Assembly: GCA_965240325.2 (NCBI GenBank)
Contig: OZ251223.1
Location: 124,001-188,000, forward strand
DNA from: Rebecca billardiae RCC1528
Lineage: Eukaryota; Protista; Haptophyta
Length of the DNA stretch: 64,000 nucleotides
Reading direction: 5' to 3'
Numbering within the stretch: position 1 is the first letter of the stretch; every line of letters begins with the position of its first letter. Position numbers and translations under genes: made by a program. The notes beneath the pieces were generated by a model that saw only the letters and a program-made list of their open reading frames with translations, ran no database searches and was not told where the DNA came from. Below are positions 1-15,528 of this stretch, in pieces.

Positions 1-3126
<3,126 letters not shown>

Positions 3127-3436
3127 CTCGTGTCGTCGACGGGGTCCTTGGCGATCGCTCGGGTGGTGGTTGGCGCGAGTCTCTGACACGCAAGACGACG
3201 AAATCCTCGCCTACTCTCATATCTAAAAGTGGCCCGAAAATGCAACGGTCAGGAAATGGCACCCTTGGAAGCTCTTTTCCTCCCCGGATCTCCTCCAAGA
3301 TCCCGCTGGGAGGAACTCGCCTTCTGCGCGTGCTCGCATACAAAAGCGGGACCGGATGGCGAATTATCGCGGTTTAGCGGCCAGACTGAAAGTGATGCTA
3401 CCAGAAGCTTCGCCTCTTGCGCGTCTCGAGACGCGT

Positions 3437-6121
3437 TCAGGGCGGCGCCAGCCGAGGGCACGCGTCCGCGAGCGCCGCCACGCTCTCGCGCGAGAGCTGC
3501 GCCGCGTCGCGCACGCGCAGCTGCTCGAGCGTGCGCGCCGCCGCGCTGAGCGCGAGCGCGCGCATGCTCGCGTCGGTGAGCGTGACGCAGTGGTTGAGCG
3601 TGAGCCGCGCGAGCGCCGGCGCGTGCGCCGCGAGCGAGGCGACAGACAGGTCGTCCACGCCGAGCCGGGTGAGGTCGACCTCGCGCAGCGCGGGCAGGCT
3701 CTCGGCGGCGCGCACGCGCACGCTCGCGCGCTGCGTGATCGGTACCCACGGCGAGCGCAGCTCGAGCGTGCGCAGCGCGCGCAGCCCCGGCCCGAGCGCG
3801 ACTTCGCGAAGGCCGACTGCCGGCAGCTGCACGCTCTCGAGCTGCGCGCACGCCTCGACGCGCAGCGCGCGCACCCACGGCCCGCCGCGGCTGCCGCTCG
3901 CGCCCGCGTGCACGTGCCTCCGCGGCACGTGCAGCCGCGTGAGCGCGGGCAGCTCGCGCAGCGCGAGCGCGCCCAGGCAGTGCGGCTCGTCGGGCGCGGC
4001 GCCGCGCGCGAGCTCGGCCAGCAGTGCGTCCAGCGCGCCATCGCCCAGGCACGGCAGCCCGACGAGGGCGAGCTCGCGCAGCGCCGGCGCGCCTGCGAGC
4101 TCGAGGCGCGCGAGCAGCGGCAGCGGGCCGATGCACACGCTGAGCGTCGCCGCGCCGCCGCCCGCGAGCCCGCGCGCGTGCGGCGCCGCAGCGGTCGCCA
4201 GCCGCAGCTCGCGCAGCGCCGGCAGCCCGCCCACGGCCAGAGGCACCACCGCCGCCTCGGCCGCCTGCCCGCCGAGGCCGTGCGCGCGGCCGCCGTCGTC
4301 CGGCGATGGCCACAGCCGCACGTCGAGGCGGTGCAGCGCGCGCAGGTGCGCGAGCGCCGCGGGCAGCGGCGCGAGCGCCTCGGCGCCCTCCGCCGCGCCG
4401 CGCCCCGCCCCCGAGTCCGCGTCGAGCGCCGCCTCGAGCTCTGCGCAGCGCGCGGCCGCGGCCAGGTGGGCCACGGCCACGCCCGCGCACAGGGAGCGCA
4501 GCCCGTGCATGCGCGCGAGGAGCTCGAGGGGCAGGCAGCCCTCGGGCGTGTGCACGAGGCGCAGCGCGAGCGGCGCAGCGCCGCCCGCCCCGCCCTCGTC
4601 GCCGCTGCCGCTGCCACTGCCGCTGCCGCTGCCGTCATCGTCGCGGAAGCAGCGCGCGTGCGCACGCGCGCGCGCGCCCCGACCGGCGCCCGCGGCCGCG
4701 GCCGCGTCGGCGTGCGCGCGCGCGGCGACGAGCTGCGCGTCGATCCGCGCGCGCGCCGCCTCGCCCGCGCCCTCGTCCCCGCCGGCCGCCCACGGGTGCA
4801 GCGCGCACACGCTCAGCTCCCTCAGGCCCACCAGCTCAGCGGCGAGCAGCTGCGCGCACCCGCCGGCAGAGCCCAGCAAGTGCTCCCGCGCGCGCTGCCG
4901 GCGGCGCGCCTGCGGCTGCAGCGGCATTGCGCGCGCACTGGCGGCCGTGGGGGCGGGCGCGGGCTCGGGCTCGGCCGCCGCGGGCGCGGCGCGAGCGCCG
5001 TGCTCGCCGAGCACCGCAGCGCCCTCCGCCAGCTCGAGCTGACGAAGCCTCAGCCTCGGCCGCGGCGGCCCTTGCGGCGGGGCGAGTGCGGTGGCGATGT
5101 CGAGCGCACTGGGCTGCCCAGAGGCAATGTGCGGCGCGCCGTGCGGCGCGCCGTGCGGCGCGGCGCGCCGTGCCGCGCACTCGAGGAGCAGCCGTGTGGC
5201 GAGCGAGAGCGAGGCGGCGGTGTCGTCGGCCTCCTCGCCCCCCTCCTCCTCCACGCGAGCCCGTGCGCGCGAGGCCGCGCGCACCTGCCCGCTCGCGCCG
5301 CGCCGGGCCCTGCCGCCGCCCGCGGGCGCCAGCGCGCCCAGCCGCAGCTCTGCGAGCTCCGAGCATGCGCGGAGCACCTCGCGCAGCGCGCGGCCGGTGA
5401 CGCACGTCATGCCCGCCAGACGGAGGGCGCGGAGCGGGCGCGCGGCGGCGGGCTCGAGCGCAGGCGCGTCGAGCAGCGCGAGCGGCATCCCCACGTGCCA
5501 CACCTCGAGCGCGCGCAGCCCGCGCGCGTGCCGCAGCGCGCGCCGCGCGCCGGCCGCGCGCACGCTCAGCTGCAGCACGCCACGCTCGCACGTCGCGAGC
5601 GCGCGGCGCCAGCGGCGGCAGACGAGGGCGAGGCGGGCGAGCTCGGAGGGCGAGAGCCACAGCTCGCCGAACACCTGCGTCAGCGCGTCGTCGCTCAGCG
5701 CGTCGATGTTCGCGGCCGGCTCGGGCGGCGCGGCGGGTGGACGCGCGGGCGGCCTTGCGCCAAACAGCGCCGCGAGCGCGCTCGAGGCGCGCTCGAGAAC
5801 GCCGCCCTTGTCGTCAAGGACCGCGCGCGCAGTGGCGTCATCCACATGCGGGTGCCGCGCGCGCAGGGCGGCGACGGCGTCGCCGCGAGCTGGGGGGCGT
5901 GCGGGCGCGAGGGCTCTGCCGTTCGCCGGCGGCCGTGGCGATGGCCCGCCGCCGCCGGCCGGCGGCGGACCGAAGAGGGCGGCGAGAGCGCGCGAGGCGC
6001 GCGCAACGTCGCCGCCCGTCTCGTCGAGCACGGACTGCGCCGTGGCCTCGTCCACGTGCGCGAACTGCGCGCGCAGGGCGCGCACGGCGTCGCGCGGCGC
6101 GCATCCGCCTGCGGAGGACAT
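3437..6121 (-). CDS. CUE-CUE-F-box-LRR protein (putative SCF substrate receptor)
   Basis: Two CUE-like repeats (AVRALRAQFAHVDEATAQSVLDETGGDVARASRAL and AVAALRARHPHVDDATARAVLDDKGGVLERASSAL), an F-box (IDALSDDALTQVF...LARLALVCRRWRRAL) and C-terminal LRRs (LRELRL, LREVDL, LARLTLNHCVTLTDASM). Confidence 0.75.
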   Translation of the reverse strand: MSSAGGCAPRDAVRALRAQFAHVDEATAQSVLDETGGDVARASRALAALFGPPPAGGGGPSPRPPANGRALAPARPPARGDAVAALRARHPHVDDATARAVLDDKGGVLERASSALAALFGARPPARPPAAPPEPAANIDALSDDALTQVFGELWLSPSELARLALVCRRWRRALATCERGVLQLSVRAAGARRALRHARGLRALEVWHVGMPLALLDAPALEPAAARPLRALRLAGMTCVTGRALREVLRACSELAELRLGALAPAGGGRARRGASGQVRAASRARARVEEEGGEEADDTAASLSLATRLLLECAARRAAPHGAPHGAPHIASGQPSALDIATALAPPQGPPRPRLRLRQLELAEGAAVLGEHGARAAPAAAEPEPAPAPTAASARAMPLQPQARRRQRAREHLLGSAGGCAQLLAAELVGLRELSVCALHPWAAGGDEGAGEAARARIDAQLVAARAHADAAAAAGAGRGARARAHARCFRDDDGSGSGSGSGSGDEGGAGGAAPLALRLVHTPEGCLPLELLARMHGLRSLCAGVAVAHLAAAARCAELEAALDADSGAGRGAAEGAEALAPLPAALAHLRALHRLDVRLWPSPDDGGRAHGLGGQAAEAAVVPLAVGGLPALRELRLATAAAPHARGLAGGGAATLSVCIGPLPLLARLELAGAPALRELALVGLPCLGDGALDALLAELARGAAPDEPHCLGALALRELPALTRLHVPRRHVHAGASGSRGGPWVRALRVEACAQLESVQLPAVGLREVALGPGLRALRTLELRSPWVPITQRASVRVRAAESLPALREVDLTRLGVDDLSVASLAAHAPALARLTLNHCVTLTDASMRALALSAAARTLEQLRVRDAAQLSRESVAALADACPRLAPP

Positions 6122-6362
6122 GTCCGTGACGCCGCCCCGGGCCGGTGGACACATCTACATCGTCGACTCTCTTCCCACGGTGAGAACAATCAGAACATTC
6201 CGCCAATACAGTGATCGCGCATTACCCCCGTACACCGTTAGCCACTGGAGGCGGCAGGTGGCAGGACCACAACCACGGTGCCCGGCCTGGGCAGGTTTCC
6301 AGACGCAGCCACCGATTCTTGAGCATCGAGCCCTTCCGCCGCCCTCCCCACCTCGGCGAGCA

Positions 6363-6854
6363 ATGCTCGGCGCAGCCCCGTGGCCACGTTTGGAGAAGTC
6401 GTCGGGCGGCTCGCCCTACCTCACAGAAGCACCAGGCGACGCGAAGCTGCAGGGTGCGCGCGCGACACACCGGGCCGCCACGGAATGTTGATTGTTGGTG
6501 CACACGTGCGAGCGCGCTTTCAAACGAGCTGGACGTGACTGCTTGGCGCGCTTACAGTGCGCGCGTGTGTGCTGCTCGCCTGCTGCCGCGCCAGACACAT
6601 ACTACATCTGGGGTAATAGGGGATCGGGGCTCAGCATCGGCGTGCGGTACGACGTCGACTACGCTGAGGATCACGAGCTCGACGAGAGAACGTCCATGCC
6701 GCACTGGCTGGACGGCGACGTGTTCAGCGGCGGCAACGCGTTCATGCAGACGTTCGGCCAGCCCGTGCCGCTGGTCGAGGCGTTCGCCGAGAGCGACACG
6801 GGCGTAGAGCCGTGCAACTCGCCGCACATGGCGGGGGCGTCGCACTGCCACTGA
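6363..6854 (+). CDS. Possible small two-exon hypothetical gene or gene relic (6363-6453, 6595-6854)
   Basis: Intron GTGCGCG(6454)...GCCAG(6594) joins in phase (G|AC = Asp). The second exon has host-like codon usage (TYYIWGNRGSGLSIGVRYDVDY...). No family recognised. Confidence 0.35.
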
Positions 6855-7131
6855 GGGCATGGCTCTTGGTGCGGGCCCATACAGTTCCGCCGCGCGCGCC
6901 GCACTGCATGACATGCGTGATGGCTCTTGCCGCCACGCGGCCACCCGGCCCCGTCCATTGAGACCTTTCGGTGCTGATCACGGCATGGGCGAGGGTCTCG
7001 TCCGAGGCCGCTGCATCATGACATGCTCGTTGGGATGATGAAGCCTGTCTTTTGTTCGCCGCGGTGGGGCCTTCGGACGAGATCCGCATCAGCTGCGGCT
7101 ACTGTCTGCGGCTGCGCCTACTGTATCTCGC

Positions 7132-7173
7132 CTGCCTGAGCTGTGTGCGTCTCTTATTCTTAGTAAACTGTAG
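7132..7173 (+). repeat. 42-bp dispersed repeat identical to 41364-41405, possibly an orphan pogo/Tc2-like TIR end
   Basis: ctgcctgagctgtgtgcgtctcttattcttagtaaactgtag is present at both sites and ends ...AAACTG|TA. Confidence 0.8.
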
Positions 7174-8084
7174 CCCCCGACGCGGGCCTCACGGGAGCCA
7201 GGGCTGTGACTGTGTCCGATCAGTGAGTCACTTGGGGCGACGGGGCGACCCTCGGCAATATCAATCGGACCGCGCGTCGGCGTTTAGCCCCGGCGCCTGA
7301 ATGCTGATTGAACTGAGCCGCGCATGACGATGCCGACATCGTCCGGTCAGTGGACGAAGCAGCAGCAGTCTGCAGCTGTCGGACCTCGTAAGCAGCTCGT
7401 CTGCCGCAGAGCAGACTCAGCAGTAGCTTACTGCCCGCCTCAGCCTACCGGGCGCCGATGGCGATGAGCCCGATGACGGTCCGCTGGAAAGTATATACTA
7501 CTAACGACGACGATCGACAGACTGTTGGCCATCAAGCACTAGCAGGGGCCCGGAGGGGGGGTCTTCACGATCAGCCAGCACTCACTCTAGTGCCAACCGA
7601 CTCGTTGGGCCGCGCGCGACCTCATCTATCATCGCTATAACTCAAACAGTCATCTGAGAGATCTGCTATATATATAATCATATCGCGCTCCTCGGGCGCC
7701 GGCGCACGGCGCTCGGTCTGTCGCTGTCTATCTAATCCCGCCCCGGGCCCTCGGATCTGCGTCAGCGTGATCGCGTCAAATGACAAGTCGTCCGCACAGA
7801 CCACAAGCTCAGCACACAGCAGTCTGCCGCGCCACCTCTTCCGCGGTGCCATGCGTGTGTTCCGGCCCAGCAGGCGCGTGGTGGGCGGGCGGGTACACAC
7901 CCCACGGTTGCACGACCGCAGTCGCGCGCGCCTACGCCGGCAAAGCCAGTGACGATGGCAACGGCGGCAGCCGGCCGGGGCCCCGGGGCGGGGCCCCGAA
8001 ACATACGGGTGCCAGGCGGAGGGGACAACGCGGACAATAAAAACACCGGGGGGACGAAATCATCACAAGGGCGATGGCGGCGCG

Positions 8085-8794
8085 ATGACGCCATCCGACG
8101 GCCGCGTTGGCGGCGCGAGCCCGCGGACGCCACGGGCTGACGCGCGCGCGGGCACGCCGCCCAGGCTGCTCGCGCGCGATGACCTCGCGTCCGAGCCGCG
8201 CACGCCCGCCGCCGCGCGCGTGGGCGGCGCCGCGGCCGAGGCTGGCGCCTCGCTGCCGCCGCACCTTCGGTTCGCCCTCGGCGGCGGCCACGAGCGCCTG
8301 CTGGCGATGACGGCGTGGACGGAGGAGCAGCTGCGCGAGGCGTCGGGCGTGCACGCCGAGACGCAGCGCTCGGCCGACGCGCTGCGCGTCGCGCTCTACC
8401 GCCGCGAGTCGGAGGTGGCCGACGCGCGCGCGGCGCTGGCTGTGCTCCGCGCCGAGCTGCAGCACCGGGGAGAGGCGCGCGCGGAGGCGGAGCGGCAGCG
8501 CGGCGCGGCGCGCGACGCGGCGCGGGAGAACGAGGTGCTCAGGCGACGCCTCGAGCTCGCCGAGCTGCGCGCGGCCGCCGCCGCCGAGGCCGCGCGCGCG
8601 CCTCCGCCGCCGCCCACGCTCGGCGGCGCCGCAGCGCCCGTGCTTGAGAGCGGGCGCGGGCTCGTGGCGTTGGGTGCGGTGGCGGTGGGCGCACACGCGC
8701 AGACGCAGACGGGGCGTGGCGAGCGGCGCACCGTCTCGCTCACCGCGCGCCCGCGCACGCGCCACGTCGGCACGCAGCGCAGCGCGCTGCCCCT

Positions 8795-8833
<39 letters not shown>

Positions 8834-9413
8834 AGCCGCGGCGGCGCCCGCTGGCGGTGGCGCGCCAGCGCACGCCGCGGCCGCCGACGCCGCCTCGCTC
8901 GCGCGGCAGCTGGCGGACGCGCGCGCGGAGGCGCGCGCGTCGGCCGCGCAGCTGCGCGCGCTGAGCATTCAGCTGGCCAACGCGCGCGCCGACGCGCACA
9001 AGTCGCAGCTCGCCGAGGCCGTGCGGCACGCCGCGCCCGCCGCGGCCGAGGCGCGCGCGCTCCGCGCGGCGCTCGCGGATGAGCGAAGCCGTGCGGACGA
9101 GGCGGCGGCGCAGGCGGCGCGGCGGGGCGCGGCGGAGGCGGAGACGTGGCGCGTGGCGGCGCGGCGCGAGCGCGAGGACGCCGACGCCGCGCGCGACCTC
9201 GCGCGCGCCGCCGCCGCACAGGCCGACGCGACGGCGGCGCAGCTCGCGCGCGCGACCGCCGATGCCGAGCGCGCGGCGCGCGCGCTCGGCGCCGAGCGCG
9301 CCGCGCGCGCGCGCGACGCAGCGAGGGCGCAGGCGCGGGTGGAAGCGGCGGAGGCGGAGGCGCGCACAGCGAGCAGAGCGGCGCTCCCGCCGCGCGCCGC
9401 GCGCGCGGCATCG

Positions 9414-9510
<97 letters not shown>

Positions 9511-10547
9511 ACGCCGACGGCAGCGGTGGCGGCCGGCGCGGCGCGGCGCGCCCGCGCGGCGAGGCGCGCCCGCGCGGCGCGGCCGCGGAGGGCGGCGGGC
9601 AGGGCGGCGAGCGCGCGCCCACCGCCGCGGCGGATGTGGCGGGCGCGCACTCCGAGCGGCTCGTCGCCGCGGCGGGCGCCCAGCGCGACCTCTGCGAGCG
9701 GCTGCTCGCGTCCGAAGCCGCGCGCGCCGCGGCGGGCGCCGAGGCGGCGCGCGCGGACGCGGGCGCGCGCGCCGCCGCCGACGCGCTGGCGCGCGTGTCG
9801 GAGGCGCTTGGTGCGGCGGAGCGGCGCGCGGCGGAGGCGGAGGGCGCGGCGGAGGCGGCGCGCGCGCGCGCGCGCGCCGAGGCCGCCGCGTGCGCCGCCG
9901 CGCGCGCCGAGGCGGACGCGGCGCGCGCCGACGCCGCCACCGCCGCGCGCACGGCCCCACAGCGCGAGGCCGCGCTGGTGAGCTCTGTCCGTGCGCGCAC
10001 CGTGGCCGCGGCCGCGGCCGCGCGCGCGGCGATTGGCGCGGGCGCGGGCGAGGCGCAGTTCGAGACGGGCGGGGCGGCGGGCGTGCCCGCCGGCGCGCGC
10101 AGGGCGCACACGGCCCCGCCGGACCCGTCGGCGGCTCGCGCCTATTCCGACGCAGCGGCGGCGTCCGCCGCAGCGGCGCCGTCGCCGCCGCCGCCGCCGC
10201 CGCCCGCCGCCGCCAGCGGCGCCGCCACCGGCCGCGGCCGCGGCGGCGGGGGCGGCCAGCGACCTCGCGAGCGCTCGGGGGTCGGCCGGCTGTTCGGCGC
10301 GCTGCTTGGCACGATGGGTGGCGGCGGCGGCGGCGCGAGAGGCACGGGCAGCGGCGGCGGCGCGGGCGCAAGAGCCGGCGGCGGCGCGGCCGCGGCGGCC
10401 GCGCCGCCCGCGGCGGCGCGCGGCGCGGGCGGCGGCGCGGGCGGCAGGCGGCGTGGCGCGCGCGACGCCGCGTCGGCCGCGCAGCCGATGCCGCCGCCGC
10501 CGCCACCGTGGCCGGCCGACGCGGATGGCGGGGTCGTCTACGACTCC

Positions 10548-10582
<35 letters not shown>

Positions 10583-13016
10583 GGAGGAGGAGGAGGAGGA
10601 GCGATGGGGGCTAGCAGAGCCGGAGGCGGCGGCGGGCGTCGTGCCCGCAGCCGACGCGGCCAGCGGTGGCGGCGCGCCGTCGCTGCTACCGCTGCCGCCT
10701 GGGCTGAGCGCTGCGCTGGCCGAGCTGGGCGCGGCGGCGCGCGCGAACGCCGCCGCCGTCGCCGACGCGCGCGCCGCGCAGGCCGACGCCGAGGCGGCGG
10801 CCGACGCGGCGCGCGCCGAGGTGGCCGCGGCCGAGGCGCGCGCCGACGCCGCCTCGGCCTTGGCGGCCGAGAGCGGCGCCGCGCGGCCGCCCGCGCGCGC
10901 GCGCGGCGCGCAGGCGGCGGCCGAGACGGCTGCGCCGCCCGGCGGCGAGGAGGCGGCGGCGGCGGCGCAGGCGCTGCAGCAGCAGCAGCTCATGCTGCAG
11001 CGCCAGCGCGCGGCGGAGGCGGCGGCGGAGGCGGCTCGGTCGGAGGCGCAGCGCGCGCGCGCGGACGCGCGGCGCGCGGCGCGTGACGCGACGCGCGCGC
11101 GCACCGCCCTCGCCGCGGTCTCCGCCGAGCTCGGGCGCGCCGGCGGCGCGAAGGATGGCGGGCGCTCGCCCCGCGCGGCCGAGCGCCAGGGCGACGAGGC
11201 CTCCGACCCCGCCGCGCACGCGGACGCGCTCGTGCGCGCCGCGCACCGACTTGGCGAGCGCGCGGCCGCGGCCGAGGCGGCGCGCGCGGCCGCGGCCGCC
11301 GGCGCGGCGGCCGCGGCCGCGCGCGCCGACGCGGCGGAGTCGGCCGCCGCCGAGCTGCGCGGCGCGACGGCGGCGGCGGAGGCGGCGGCGGAGAGCGCGC
11401 GCGCCGTGGCGGCCGCGGCGTCGGCGGAGGCCGACGAGGCGCGCGCGCAGCTCGCGCGCACGGCGCGCGACGCCGCGGCGCGCGTCGCGGCCGCGCAGCG
11501 CGCCGCCGACGCCGCGGCCGCGCGCAGCGCCGCTCTGCAGCAGGAGCTGAGCGCGGCGGGGCGCGCGCACGGCGCCGCGCTCGGCGAGGCGCGCGCGGCG
11601 CAGCGCGCGGCGGTGCGCGCGGCGGAGGCGTCGCTCGCCGAGGCGGAGGCGGCCGAGGCGCGCGCGCGCGCCGCGAGCGCGCGCGCCGACGCCGCGGCCG
11701 CGCGGCCGGCGTCGCGCTCGCGCGCGACGCAGGCCGCGCTCGGCGCGACGGCGGCGGCGGCGGCGGCGGAGGCGGAGGCGGAGGCGGCGGCGGTGGCGAG
11801 CACGCGCACCGCGCGTGCCGAGGCGGCGCGCGCGCGCACCGCGCTCGCCGCCGTCGCCCTCGCCGCCGTCGCCTCTGAGCTCGAGCGCATGCCGACGCCT
11901 GCCCAACCCTACCCCGCCGCGCCCCCAGCCCTACCCCCGGCGGCGCGCGACGACGAAGGCGGCGGCGGCGGCGGCGGCGGCGGCGGCCACGGGCGCGCAG
12001 ACGACGCAGCCTCGGACGCGCAGGCCGGCGCCGACGGCGGCGCCCTGGCCGAGCCGGCGGACACGGACGCGCTGCTGCGCGCGGTGCAGCGACTGGGCGC
12101 GCGCGCGAGGGAGGCGGAGGCGGCGCGCGGCGCGGCGGCGCGCGAGGCGGCGGCCGCGGCCGCGGCGGCGCGCGCGGCGGAGGAGGAGGCCGCCGGCCTG
12201 GGCGCCGCGGCGGCGGAGGCGGACGCGGCCGCGGCGGGCGCGCGCGCCGAGGCGGCCGCGGCGGCGGCAAATCTCGCCGCCGAGATCGACGCCAGGGCCG
12301 ATCTCGAGGCCGATCTCGAGGCGGAGATTGCGGCGAGGGCCGATCTCGACGCCGAGCTCGCGTCGCTGCGCTCGGAGCTGAGCGCCGCGCGGCGCAGCGC
12401 CGCGCGGGCCTACGCGGCGGAGAGCGCGGCGGAGGCGGCGCGCGCGCGGTGCGCCGAGCTCGAGGCCGCGCTGCGCCGCGCGCGCGCGCCGCGCGAGGGC
12501 GCGCGCGCCGCGGCGGGCGTGGACGCGCGCGCGCACACCGACGCGGCCGAGTCGGCGGCGGAGGCGCGCGCGGCGGAGCGCGCGGCGCGGCAGGCAGTGG
12601 AGGGGGCGGCCGAGGCGCGCGCGCCGCCGCCGCGCACGCCGCCCGCCTCGCCGGCCGCAGCCGCTGCCGAGCTCGGCGCGGAGACGGGCGGGCTCGCGGG
12701 CGCGGCGGCGCGCGAGCGGGCGCCTTACGCCGGCCGCGGCTCCGCCGTGCCCGCAGAGGAGGCCGCCGGCGTGCCGTGGGAGCCCTCCTCCTCCCCCTCC
12801 TCCGCCGCCGCCGCGCTCTCGCTCGCGCGCTGGGCAGACCGACCAGGCGTGGTCGTCACGCCGCTCGCGCGCCGCGCCATCTCGGCGGTGGTCTCGCCAC
12901 GGACGGCGCGAGCGGAGCAGGGCGAGGTGTCGCCGTCGAGTAGCCTGCCGCCGAGCTCGCCGCGCAGTGGGCCCTCCTCGCGCCGAGCGTCGGCGGCGAG
13001 CATCGAGCGCGGGTAG
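8085..13016 (+). CDS. Large Ala/Arg/Glu-rich coiled-coil hypothetical protein with a poly-Asp tract
   Basis: 1643-aa open frame with heptad-like A/E/R composition. No catalytic motif seen. Start codon uncertain. Confidence 0.65.
9414..9500 (+). repeat. (GAC)~29 coding microsatellite (poly-Asp)
   Basis: Uninterrupted gac array. Confidence 0.95.
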
Positions 13017-13339
13017 AGCGCCCTCCGGCCGCGATCCAGCAGCAGCGGCCCGGCTTGGCGCCGGGCCGTTCGCACTTTCACTTCCCCACCCCACCCGGAC
13101 CGGGCCTCTAGCCACCGGAAGCTGTTGCCTTCGCCGGACTTTTGAGCGGCCGGGCGTTGAGATAGTAGTCAGCGCGCGATCTCGGCCGCTAGTCATCACG
13201 CGGCTTCGCCACCGGAGCGGGCTTTGGCCCCCCGTCGCGGCAGATCACCCACACAACAAGGGCGCCAGCAAGAAACGGCCCGACAGGGGGCTGCTCGGCG
13301 CTTGGCCACCTCGACGAGCGCCCGGAGGGCGGTTCGCCG

Positions 13340-15497
13340 ATGGTGAAGCCGGGCGAGGTGGTCTGGACGAATGTCCAGTGCCGCGGCCAGACGCCCACGC
13401 CGCGCTCGGGCCACACGCTCACGGGCAACGGCGCGGGCAAGTGCGTGCTCTTTGGCGGCTGCGGCATCAAGTCGGACGACGAGTACGCCGTCTTCAACGA
13501 GACGTTCGTGCTCACGCTCGGCGAGCCGGGGAAGTGGGACCTGATCGAACCGCAGGGCGACGTGCCCTCGCCCCGCTGGCGGCACACCGCCACGCTCCTC
13601 CCCGACGCGGACGGCGTGCTGATCTTTGGCGGGCTGTGCAAGGGCAAGCGCTTCAACGACACGCACGTCTTCTCGGTCGAGAAGCGCGAGTGGTCGATCA
13701 AGGAGTGCGCGGGCACGCCGCCGCACCCGCGCTCGCACCACACCGCCAACGTCGTCGAGTACGAGCCCGCCGCCGAGGGCGGCCACCCCGAGCACAAGGT
13801 GATTGTCGTCGGCGGGTACGGCGGGCCCGGCTCGACGCGAGACTTTTATCTGGACCTGCACCTGCTCGAGCTGTCGACGTGGACGTGGGTGAAGGTGGAG
13901 TCGATGAAGGGGTCGGTGCCCACGCCGCGCTCCGACCACACCACCGCCCTCGCGGGCGACAAGCTCTACCTCTACGCCGGCCGCGGCTGGACGACCAAGG
14001 CGGACGTCGGCTACTTTGGCGACATGGTGCGCGCGCACCGCGCACCCCACCGCGCGCGCGAGAGAGAGAGAGAGATGCCGTGGCGGTGGCGGCGGCGGTG
14101 GGTGCGGGTGTGGCGGTGGGGGCGGTGGCGGCTGTGGCGCGTGCCCGCGCGGCGGCGCGGGCGCCGGCTCGGCGCGCGCGGCGTCGAGCGCGCGGCCGCG
14201 CGCGCAACCGCCCACGTCTCACCGGGCCTCGGCCACGGCCCCGGCCCACGCGCCCGCCGCGCAACAGCACGTGCTCGACGTGAAGACGTTCCGCTGGCTC
14301 GAGCCCGAGCTGGACGACGAGGAGGGCGAGGGCGAGGCGGCGCCCGCCTGGCCCTCGCTCGGCGAGAAGGTGTGGAACCACTCGGCGATGGCCATCCAGT
14401 CGGTGCCCGCGTCGTACATGTTCCTCTTTGGCGGACAGAACGCGCCGCGCCGGTACGGCCAGGGCGTCGGCGTGTTCGACACGGGGCGGAACCGGTGGGA
14501 GTCGCCGAAGATCATCACGGGCGCGCCGCCGCCGGCGCGCGAGGACTCGCCCTTCGCGTACGACGACTCGACCAAGTCGCTCGTCCTCTTTGGCGGCTGG
14601 CGCCAGACGTGGCTCGACGACGTGTACACGCTCAACGTCGCTGGCATCTGCGGTCCCCCGTACGCGGTCAACTCGATCGCGCCCGAGTCGGGGCCGTACA
14701 CGGGGCAGGCGCCGGTGCTGATCACGGGGCTGCTCTTCAAGGAGTCCTCCCGCATCAACGTCAAGTTCGCCACGAAGGACGGCAAGCGCGAGATGGTCGT
14801 GCCCGGCGTGTACGAGGATGCCCACCACGTGTCGTGCAAGACGCCAAACTTTGAGCGGCACGGCGCGCTTGAGGTGAACGTCGCGGTGTCGATCGACGGC
14901 GAGCCGTACACGGTGAACGAGTGCCTGTACCAGTTCTACCTCAACTCGAGCGCGAAGAAGTGCGTCGCCTTCGGCCCGGGCCTCGCGCCCAAGGGCGAGG
15001 TCGGCCGGCGCAACACGTTCATCATCCAGTCGCGCGACTCGGCCGGCCACTACCGCGCGTCGGGCGGCGACCCGCTGCGCGTGGTGATCGACGGGCCGTC
15101 GGGGGAGAAGCAGCCGGCGGCGCAGGTGGAGGACACGGAGGACGGGCGGTACCGCATCACCTACTCCGTGCCCGTCGCGGGCGACTACCAGATCTCCGTC
15201 TTCCTCGACGAGAACCCCAACGACGCGTCGGTCGAGTCGGAGATGCCGGTGGCGGGCTGCCCGTTCAAGGTGTCGTTTGCGGACGTGTGGGCACCCAACC
15301 GGATCGTGGGCGTGGCGCCGCGCGTGCGGCCGCACATGGAGGTGGGCGTGGTGGACGGCAAGCTCACGGTCGTGCCGATGGACGAGGACAAGGACCTCAC
15401 CGGCGCCAAGGCCAAGGCCAAGGCCGCGGACGACGCCGCCGACGCGGCGCAGCGCGCGTCCGACAAGGCGGACGCGGCCGCCGCCGCCGCCGCCGCC

Positions 15498-15528
<31 letters not shown>

